Part shown: piece after piece, positions 24,073-31,538 of the stretch
Layout of the letters: each line of letters begins with the position of its first letter
Numbering within the stretch: position 1 is the first letter of the stretch
NCBI GenBank assembly: GCA_965205125.1
Contig: CBDBFY010000003.1
Location: 1,240,179-1,304,178, forward strand
Direction: 5' to 3'
DNA from: Phototrophicaceae bacterium
Lineage (GTDB): Bacteria > Chloroflexota > Anaerolineae > Aggregatilineales > Phototrophicaceae
DNA length: 64,000 nt
The notes under the pieces: generated by a model
The model's input: only the letters and a program-made list of their open reading frames with translations
What the model was told of the DNA's origin: nothing
The model's database searches: none
Translations under genes and position numbers: made by a program

Positions 24073-25362
24073 ATGCGTAAGTTAATGTTTCTTGCTATTG
24101 TCGTGTTCGTCGCGCTTTCGCTCGTGCCAGCGACAGTTCTCGCCCAAGACGCCCCCACAGTCACGATCGTAGCCTGTTGGGGTGGCGCTGAAGGCGTTGG
24201 CTTCGCTGGCGCCAACGCCGTTTTCACCGAGCAGACCGGCATCGAGGTCGAGCACATTGCCGATCGTGACTGCCATCTGCTGCCGCAAATCATGGCCAGC
24301 GCCGGCAATCCGCCCGATATTTCGGCAATGCCACGCCCCGGCGTCATGGCGGAATTGGCGCGCGAAGGCTTGATCATTCCCCTCACAAGCGGCGACGACC
24401 CGGTCATGACGATGGATTACGTCGCCGAAAACTATGGGCAGGCGCTCATCGACCTCGGCTCGGTTGATGGCGAACTCTACGGCATCGTCAGCGCCGTCAA
24501 CTCAAAGAGCACCGCCTGGCGCCGCACCGATGTATTCGAGGATATCGGTGAAGAAGCGCCCGCCACCTGGGACGAGTTCATCGAGTATCTCGATATCCTG
24601 GCGGAAGAGGGCATACCGTCCCTCTCGCTGGGCGCCCTCGATGGCTGGACGCTGACCGACTTCTTCGAGAATCTCTATCTCAATATCGCCGGACCGGAGA
24701 TGTACCACAAACTCTTTGTGACGCATGAGGTTGAGTGGACCGATCCCACCGTCATCAGCGCGCTTGAGCACTTCGCCCAAGCGGTATCGCCAACCGACGA
24801 ACGTCTGGCAGGCGGTTCAGACGGCGAGCTGGCCACCGGCTTCATTCCTGCCATCGACAAGTTCATGGCCGGCGAAGCCGGGATAAACCCAATGGGCAGT
24901 TACGTGCGCAGCTTCGCCGAATCCAACTTCCCAGGCCAGACCTGCCCCGATGATTTCGGCTTCTTCCAATTCCCGACCATCAACGAAATGTACGCCAACT
25001 CGGTCGTTCTCGGTGGCAATTTCTTCATCATGTTCAACGACCGGCCCGAAGTGCGCACATGGATGAATTGGATAGTCGGCGCGGAAGCGCAAATCTTGAT
25101 CGCCACCCAGGAAACGGGACCGATGCTGTCGGCAAATTACAACGTGTCCGCCGATGTCTACGCCGAGCCCTGTGACGGCGCCGCGGCGGCCATGGTCGCC
25201 AACGCCAACCACGTCGCCTTTGACGGCTCCGACCTGGCGCCGGGCGCCATCGGCGGCGATGCCATGTTCACCGGCTTGCAAGACCTGGTTGCCAATCCCG
25301 ATGCGGTGGCTGAGGTCGCCCAATTCATCGAGGATGTCGCCGATACCGCCTACGACATGTAG
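24073..25362 (+). CDS. ABC transporter extracellular solute-binding protein (carbohydrate, family 1)
   Basis: Signal peptide MRKLMFLAIVVFVALSLVPATVLAQD. Family-1 SBP length and pattern, followed by two MalF/MalG-type permease genes. Confidence 0.85.
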   Translation: MRKLMFLAIVVFVALSLVPATVLAQDAPTVTIVACWGGAEGVGFAGANAVFTEQTGIEVEHIADRDCHLLPQIMASAGNPPDISAMPRPGVMAELAREGLIIPLTSGDDPVMTMDYVAENYGQALIDLGSVDGELYGIVSAVNSKSTAWRRTDVFEDIGEEAPATWDEFIEYLDILAEEGIPSLSLGALDGWTLTDFFENLYLNIAGPEMYHKLFVTHEVEWTDPTVISALEHFAQAVSPTDERLAGGSDGELATGFIPAIDKFMAGEAGINPMGSYVRSFAESNFPGQTCPDDFGFFQFPTINEMYANSVVLGGNFFIMFNDRPEVRTWMNWIVGAEAQILIATQETGPMLSANYNVSADVYAEPCDGAAAAMVANANHVAFDGSDLAPGAIGGDAMFTGLQDLVANPDAVAEVAQFIEDVADTAYDM

Positions 25363-25383
25363 GTAAAGCGAAACGTCAGTTCC

Positions 25384-25414
25384 GAGGGCAGTCCAAAGGG
25401 GCTGCCCTCTTTTG
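25384..25414 (+). terminator. Intra-operon hairpin followed by a T-tract (attenuating terminator after the SBP gene)
   Basis: gagggcag (25384-25391) pairs with ctgccctc (25402-25409) across a 10-nt loop, followed by tttt. Confidence 0.55.
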
Positions 25415-25459
25415 CCCTTTCGCTTCCAATCGAGAAGAAACTGTACTGACGTACATAAA

Positions 25460-26365
25460 ATGCAGTCTCGCCGATTCAGCAAACTGATTCCCTGGCTCTT
25501 CGCCGCGCCGGCGCTCATATCGCTGACGCTCTTCTTCGTCTATCCCACCATCGTCACCATTTTCTTGAGCTTCACCCGCGGCACGATCACCACGCCGGCC
25601 AAAGAATTCGTCGGCCTCGACAACTATCGCATTCTCCTGAGCGAAGACCGCTTCTTCCTGAGCGTCGAAGACGGCGTATTCAGCGGCGCGCTGGTCAACA
25701 GCTTCGCCTGGCTCATCATATTTCCGACAGCAATCGTGCTCATCGGTCTGCTAGTCGCCGTCCTGGCTGACAAAGTCAGATACGAAGCCATCATCAAATC
25801 CATCATGTTCATGCCAATGGCAATCTCCGCCACCGCCGCCGCCGTCATCTTTCGCCTGCTTTACAATCAGAATCCCAACCTCGGCTCGCTCAATGCCTTC
25901 CTGGCGGCGCTCTTCCCCGATTTCGAGCCGATCGCCTTCCTGGGCAGTGTTGAATTCGCCAATCTAGCGGTGATCTTCGCCGGCGTCTGGATTTCGACCG
26001 GTCTCTCCGTCGTTGTGCTATCCGCCGCCTACAAAGCCGTTCCCGCTGAAATCCACGAAGCGGGCCGCATCGATGGCGCCAACGCCTGGCAGCTATTCTG
26101 GCGCGTCTCCCTGCCCATGCTCAGCGGACCGGTCACCTTCATCGCCATCACCATGATCATCAACGCGCTGAAGATGATCGATTTGGTGCTGGTGATGACC
26201 AAGGGCGCTCCCCGCGGCGCCACCCGCATTATCGGCTACACCGTATTCTGGGAGACCTTCAACAACAACCGCTCCGGCTATGGCAGCGCCGTCGCCGTCA
26301 TTCTATTGATACTGGTCATGCCCTTCATCATCTATCAAGTGCGGCGCGTCCGCAGCGAGCTGTGA
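25460..26365 (+). CDS. Sugar ABC transporter permease (MalF/UgpA-like)
   Basis: Six TM helices and the EAA-type loop EAGRIDGANAWQLFWRVSLP. Confidence 0.88.
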   Translation: MQSRRFSKLIPWLFAAPALISLTLFFVYPTIVTIFLSFTRGTITTPAKEFVGLDNYRILLSEDRFFLSVEDGVFSGALVNSFAWLIIFPTAIVLIGLLVAVLADKVRYEAIIKSIMFMPMAISATAAAVIFRLLYNQNPNLGSLNAFLAALFPDFEPIAFLGSVEFANLAVIFAGVWISTGLSVVVLSAAYKAVPAEIHEAGRIDGANAWQLFWRVSLPMLSGPVTFIAITMIINALKMIDLVLVMTKGAPRGATRIIGYTVFWETFNNNRSGYGSAVAVILLILVMPFIIYQVRRVRSEL

Positions 26366-26372
26366 GGACGAC

Positions 26373-27968
26373 TTGGACGCGCAAAGCCTAAACGTCAGCA
26401 GGCGCCCAAGCCTGACGGAATCTCTTATCACGCTCACAAGGCGCGGACCGATTCACGCGATATTGCTGATCATTGGAATCATCTGGCTCGTTCCGTCGGT
26501 GGGCTTGGCGGTCACGTCGTTTCGCACCCGCGGCGACATTTCCGCTTCCGGCTGGTGGACTGTCGCCGGCGGACATCGCACCGTCACCGACCAGATCTGG
26601 GAACTTGAAGTTATCGAGTCTGGCGAGAGCGGCGAAAACACGGTCGTCGCTGGCGATTCCTTAAGCGGCGATTTACTGACCGACGCCGTTGAGGGCATTC
26701 CGGCCGCTACCGTTGGCCGCGTGCGCATCCAACAGATCATCGGCAACATCACCGTCGACGCATTCGACCAGCCCATCGAGCTCGCTGACGTCGGCACGGT
26801 TACTGTGCATGAGGACGGCGCTTACGATTTCGCGCCAGCGGAAGGCTATGCAGGCGCCTTCGTGACCGAAATTGAAAGCGCGGAAACGCCCTTCAGCGCC
26901 GAATTCCAGCTGCAAGGCTTCGAATCGATTCAAGGTGAGCTGGAAATCGAGGCAATCGGCGAATCGGAACGCGTGCCCCGCGCCGGCAAGATCATCGTAT
27001 ACGATGACGGCAGTTACGACTTCGAGCCGCGCGCAAGCTTCGTTGGTACTTTCGAGGCGACGGTCGATCCGTCCGTCCTCACCAACCCGCCCTTCACCAT
27101 CCAATACGCCATGGAGCGCGCCGGCGGTTCCTTGCAAACGGTCGACGCTGGAACCACGACAGAGTTGCCGCTGGCCGGGACGCTGCAAGTTAGCGCCGAT
27201 GGCCAGTTCGAGTTCAAAGCCGCGCCCGACTTCGCTGGAACCATCGAGATGGAACTGGGCATTCAGAATCCCCTGCTGACCCTGGAAAACTATGTCGAAG
27301 TATTCACACGCGAGCAGCTGGCTGAACCCGGCTTTGTCAACTTCTTCAAGAACAGTTTCATCATCACCGTGCCTAGCACGCTCTTGACGATCGTCTTCGC
27401 GGCGACGGCCGCCTACGCCTTCTGCTGGCTGGACCTGCCCTTCCGCAATGTCTTCTACCTCTTGTGCATCGCCATGCTCATCGTCCCCATGCAAACCACC
27501 TGGATCCCGGTGCTGCGCATGTTGAACGCCGCCGGCTTGATCGGCACCTTCCCCGGCATCTGGATCGCGCACGCCTCCTACGGTACGCCCTTCGCCATTT
27601 TCCTGCTCTACAATTTCTTCCGCGACCTGCCCGCCGAACTCTTTGAAGCGGCGCGCGTCGATGGCGCCTCCGAATTTGGCATGTTCTTCCGCATTGTCAT
27701 CCCGCTGTCCATGCCCGCCATCGCCTCGCTGGGCATCTTTCAATTCGTCTGGATCTGGAACGACCTGATGAATGCGCTGATTTTCCTGGTCGACCAGCAG
27801 AAGTTCCCGCTCACCGTCGGCATTCGCCAGCTCGTCGGCAAATACGCCAACGAATGGGATATTCTCGCATCCGGCGCATTCATTACCATGGTGGTGCCAC
27901 TGATTGTCTTCTTCAGCCTGCAACGCTATTTCGTCCGCGGCGTGACTGCCGGCGCAGTCAAGGGATAG
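26373..27968 (+). CDS. Sugar ABC transporter permease (MalG/UgpE-like) with ~270-aa extracytoplasmic insertion
   Basis: TM1 is followed by a long non-membrane insert, then the canonical core with EAARVDGASEFGMFFRIVIP. TTG start. Confidence 0.85.
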   Translation: MDAQSLNVSRRPSLTESLITLTRRGPIHAILLIIGIIWLVPSVGLAVTSFRTRGDISASGWWTVAGGHRTVTDQIWELEVIESGESGENTVVAGDSLSGDLLTDAVEGIPAATVGRVRIQQIIGNITVDAFDQPIELADVGTVTVHEDGAYDFAPAEGYAGAFVTEIESAETPFSAEFQLQGFESIQGELEIEAIGESERVPRAGKIIVYDDGSYDFEPRASFVGTFEATVDPSVLTNPPFTIQYAMERAGGSLQTVDAGTTTELPLAGTLQVSADGQFEFKAAPDFAGTIEMELGIQNPLLTLENYVEVFTREQLAEPGFVNFFKNSFIITVPSTLLTIVFAATAAYAFCWLDLPFRNVFYLLCIAMLIVPMQTTWIPVLRMLNAAGLIGTFPGIWIAHASYGTPFAIFLLYNFFRDLPAELFEAARVDGASEFGMFFRIVIPLSMPAIASLGIFQFVWIWNDLMNALIFLVDQQKFPLTVGIRQLVGKYANEWDILASGAFITMVVPLIVFFSLQRYFVRGVTAGAVKG

Positions 27969-28005
27969 CCGGACGATGCCAGCCAGAAGGCAACCTGTAA
28001 TTCAC

Positions 28006-28977
28006 ATGGCGCGCCTGCTCGCCACCCTCTTCATGCTTGCGCTCTCGATTACATCCGCAGCGCTTGTGGTCGTCATCCGCGTGCCGGAAGATTACGAAAC
28101 AATAGGCGAGGCGCTCGCCACAGCGCCGGAGGGGGCCATCATCGAAATCGCTGCCGGAACCTACCCTGAGTCGCTGGTCATCGACCGGCCCGTCAGCTTG
28201 CGCCCAGCCGAGGATGATGGCGAAGTGCTGCTCGCGCCAGCGGCCGACGAACCGGTCATCGCTATTATGGACACGGAGTCTGTAACTATTGAGGGGCTTT
28301 CCATTGTCGGCGGCGAAATTGGCATTTTCGTCACCCGCAGCCAGGATGTCACCCTCCGCGACAACTTCGTCTCTGGTAGCCGCCTGGTCGGCATCAAGGT
28401 GCGGCTGGGCGCGGCGGACATCCTGGACAACACGGTCTTCCATGCCCAACCGCCCTACGGCATGGGCATCCATGTCACCAACACAACGCAATGGCCGCCA
28501 TCGCGCGTCATCGGCAATCTCGTCTTCGGCAACACCCGCAGCGGCATCTACACCAATATGACCGGCATGATTGAAGTTTTCGACAACGTGGTCACCGATA
28601 ACGGGCATCATGGCATCGCCATCACTGAAATGTCGCACGCCGATGTCTTCCGAAACATCGTAGTCGACAATGCCTTAACCGGCATCCAACTGCTGGATAT
28701 GTCGATGGCGCATATCTGCGACAATATCGTCTCCGAAACCCGCGGGTCGAGCGATGCGCCCAAAATACGCCAGGGCAATGGCATCATCATCGACTATCAC
28801 TCGGAAGCGACCTTGTCCGGCAATACCATCCAGGGCAGCGCCCAGCATGGCATCAGCATTCTATTCGGCTCCATCGCCTTCTTGCACGAAAATACAATCG
28901 AGGACAGCGAGGCGCAATCGGTCTACGTGGATGATAGCGAAGCGCTCGCGGGCAGCGGCTGCGCGACCGATGCGTGA
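28006..28977 (+). CDS. Right-handed parallel beta-helix repeat protein (NosD/CASH-like), secreted
   Basis: N-terminal hydrophobic signal (MARLLATLFMLALSITSAALVVV) and periodic ~22-aa repeats (GI.I..S..V.I.DN.V). Confidence 0.75.
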   Translation: MARLLATLFMLALSITSAALVVVIRVPEDYETIGEALATAPEGAIIEIAAGTYPESLVIDRPVSLRPAEDDGEVLLAPAADEPVIAIMDTESVTIEGLSIVGGEIGIFVTRSQDVTLRDNFVSGSRLVGIKVRLGAADILDNTVFHAQPPYGMGIHVTNTTQWPPSRVIGNLVFGNTRSGIYTNMTGMIEVFDNVVTDNGHHGIAITEMSHADVFRNIVVDNALTGIQLLDMSMAHICDNIVSETRGSSDAPKIRQGNGIIIDYHSEATLSGNTIQGSAQHGISILFGSIAFLHENTIEDSEAQSVYVDDSEALAGSGCATDA

Positions 28978-28988
28978 GCGGGGCTAGT

Positions 28989-29957
28989 CTATTCGAATTC
29001 CAACGAATTCAACCCCAATAGACTGTAGTATTCGGCCTTGCGTTCGGCGTCATGCAAAATGTCTTCGACCGTAAACAAGTAGTTCACGCTAAGTCGGCTT
29101 GACTCGATATCGCTCCTAGCTTGCGCAGAAAGAGAAACGGCAGTCATGACAAGAATGGTGATTGCGCCTGGGCTATTCTCTTTCGAACGACGCAAACTCT
29201 TTATCGCCGCGCCGACTCGCTCAAGAACTCCCGCCGGATCGATACCGCCTTTCACTTCCACCGCGGCCTGAATCCTACCCTTTGTGAAGACCTCGATATC
29301 CGGTTCTGATCCCATCCGAACAATACGTCCATCGACGAGATTCAATTCCACTACTCGAGTCCTTATGTCCACCGCGTAGTCGTTCTCGATCAAGCCGACG
29401 CGGTATAACTGAGACACCAAATCCTGCCTCATAATCTCTTCAATGAGATCGCCTTTTCTATTCTGCCAAGATCCCTGCGCCTGGGATCCGGCTGCCATTC
29501 CGCGCCACAAGTCAAACTCGCGTAATTCTATTTCTTGATCCTGTTCAATCAACGCGCAAATCAGCATATTCAGCCGTCGGGCAATGCGGTGCGCAGCCTC
29601 AGTGCTTGGTAGGCGCTCTGTCTGCTCGTATTGAGTTGAAGCAAGACCTATCTGACTCATAGACTTCTGTGACACCATCGACAACATTCTGTAATAGCCC
29701 ACCGAGCGATTTACATTTGTCAATACCGCCGGATGCGCAAATATAATAATGGGCTTGATTCCGCTGTGGATAATCCTATTCCAAGCCATTTCGGAAACAT
29801 TTAGCTCAGGCAAATCCCAAGAAAGTGTTTCACCTGAAATCGCTTCTATCTTCTGCGCCACTTCCAAGAGCTGCCATTCATGAAGACGCTGATGGAAGAA
29901 CAAACTTTTCTGTAACTGGTCAAGCGCCCACGCTTGCTGTTTTTCACTTTGCATCAC
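28989..29957 (-). CDS. Type II restriction endonuclease candidate (PD-(D/E)XK)
   Basis: 322 aa. GSEPDIEVFTKGRIQAAVEVKGG is a classic PD-x15-E-x-K motif. The gene overlaps the upstream methyltransferase gene by 11-14 nt and is AT-richer than its flanks. The start is GTG at 29957 or ATG at 29954. Confidence 0.7.
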   Translation of the reverse strand: MMQSEKQQAWALDQLQKSLFFHQRLHEWQLLEVAQKIEAISGETLSWDLPELNVSEMAWNRIIHSGIKPIIIFAHPAVLTNVNRSVGYYRMLSMVSQKSMSQIGLASTQYEQTERLPSTEAAHRIARRLNMLICALIEQDQEIELREFDLWRGMAAGSQAQGSWQNRKGDLIEEIMRQDLVSQLYRVGLIENDYAVDIRTRVVELNLVDGRIVRMGSEPDIEVFTKGRIQAAVEVKGGIDPAGVLERVGAAIKSLRRSKENSPGAITILVMTAVSLSAQARSDIESSRLSVNYLFTVEDILHDAERKAEYYSLLGLNSLEFE

Positions 29958-31434
29958 GAATTCCGGGCTTCTTCCAAATCAGAATGCTCTTTCGTAGCGC
30001 CTCGCGCCCGTACTTTCCCATCTGCTGGCTGCTGTTTCCCTTTCGCTGGTCGAGAACATGTATGGTTTCCGGCTCGAATCCGAAACTTGCCGCGATATCG
30101 GTCATCAGCAAGTCCACCGGTATGACTTCTCCGCTATACCGAACGTTGTCATTGACGATCCCAACGTATGCGCCGGGCTTACAAACGCGAAACAGTTCCA
30201 ATGTAACAAATGCTAATTCGGTAAAGTAGCCCTCGACCATTGAAATGATGCCTGTGTTGTTCACTTCTCGACGTCGGCTTCGGATTCTCAACGCTTCCAG
30301 AATCTCTTGAAATGCTCTGTTGTGAGAGAGAATATCGCAAACGTGGTCAAAGTCACTTAGACGTCCTAGCGATTCGTACATCTTTCGGAGCCGCATTAAC
30401 TTCGAACGGTTTTCTACAGTGCAGCTGATCAAATCCTGTCTCAGAGCTATGAACTCTTCGTTTGTCATTCCGAGAAATGCCAATTCAAGCGCATAGGTGC
30501 GAGTGTAATCGTATCGGTTGCAGTACGGCGGAGATGTTATCACCGCATCAAACTGCTCTGCCGCCTGACGCGGTAATGTTTCCAACACTGTCCCTTGAAT
30601 GAGTCGCTGCGTGCCAGCGTGATACGACGAGCCTTTTGACAAGTCAATATCAGAGATTATCAAGTCTAGCGCCTTGAGTATTGCCGTCTTTACACCCAGT
30701 ATTGATGATTTGCGAAAATCCTTATAGAGCCGTTTGCCAGCCGCAATGCGCTGTCGATTTCTTTCGCGAACTTTCGTAGAGCGACTGTCCCAACGCAAGA
30801 ATTGACCGTCCTTGCTGGTATAGCTGATGTCCTCAAGTATGGTGAGCAGGACGAATTCGAGCAGGTTATTGACACTGCTGTTTTCATTAAAGCCCGCGAA
30901 TTGCTCTACGTACCACATTAACTGCGCCTCGTGCTTGGCATCAAATGCATGTTGCGTAATTGGCACGTGAGGGAACGGTCGCTCCGATAATCCCGGTGGA
31001 GTCGACTCGACCCATTGACGTATTTCCTTCAGTTTGGATTTCACCTGCGGTCCCGATTGCGACTTTGCCTTCCACACAAGATCGCCAATCGGCAATATTT
31101 CAATACCGGTGGCATCACAATCTAACTCATTGGCAACAAGCAACGTTGTCGACGCGCCGGAAAATGGATCAAGGATGTGGCAAGGCGGATGCAAGTCGAA
31201 AGACTCGATCAGCCTATGAACCAGTTGCGCGGAAAAAGCCTCTTTGAACTTGAACCACCTGTGCAGCTTTACGTCCTTGTTGGCTTGGAAACTTACAAGC
31301 CGACGATTGAAGCTCTGTGTTGGCTGCAAAATTGAACCGTACTTTAGCTCAAGTGCTATACGAGCGTCTGCCAACGTCGCCTTGTCCGTTTCGTAGATTC
31401 TTCTAATGTCACTTTCAGCCGGCGCAAACGTCAT
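29944..31434 (-). CDS. DNA methyltransferase (amino-MTase with motif I before motif IV; SPPY suggests N4-cytosine)
   Basis: 496 aa. ILDPFSGASTTLLVA is the AdoMet motif I. VITSPPYCNRYDY is catalytic motif IV. Confidence 0.85.
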   Translation of the reverse strand: MTFAPAESDIRRIYETDKATLADARIALELKYGSILQPTQSFNRRLVSFQANKDVKLHRWFKFKEAFSAQLVHRLIESFDLHPPCHILDPFSGASTTLLVANELDCDATGIEILPIGDLVWKAKSQSGPQVKSKLKEIRQWVESTPPGLSERPFPHVPITQHAFDAKHEAQLMWYVEQFAGFNENSSVNNLLEFVLLTILEDISYTSKDGQFLRWDSRSTKVRERNRQRIAAGKRLYKDFRKSSILGVKTAILKALDLIISDIDLSKGSSYHAGTQRLIQGTVLETLPRQAAEQFDAVITSPPYCNRYDYTRTYALELAFLGMTNEEFIALRQDLISCTVENRSKLMRLRKMYESLGRLSDFDHVCDILSHNRAFQEILEALRIRSRRREVNNTGIISMVEGYFTELAFVTLELFRVCKPGAYVGIVNDNVRYSGEVIPVDLLMTDIAASFGFEPETIHVLDQRKGNSSQQMGKYGREALRKSILIWKKPGIRDAK

Positions 31435-31538
31435 TAACTGCTTGATGACACTAATTCCTGTCGCTATATGAGAACATATGATTCATTATAATTGATTCGG
31501 TACATCTGTTCAAATGGATGCCTAAGAATCGAGATAAC

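Noticed and set aside
26673-27923. 416-aa minus-strand ORF, and similar long antisense ORFs at 37695-38696, 50773-51798, 34686-35555, 2733-3437, 18625-19527, 14302-15186 and 40700-41320
   Set aside because: All lie antisense to genes with strong family signatures and show shadow-frame composition. They are not reported as CDS.
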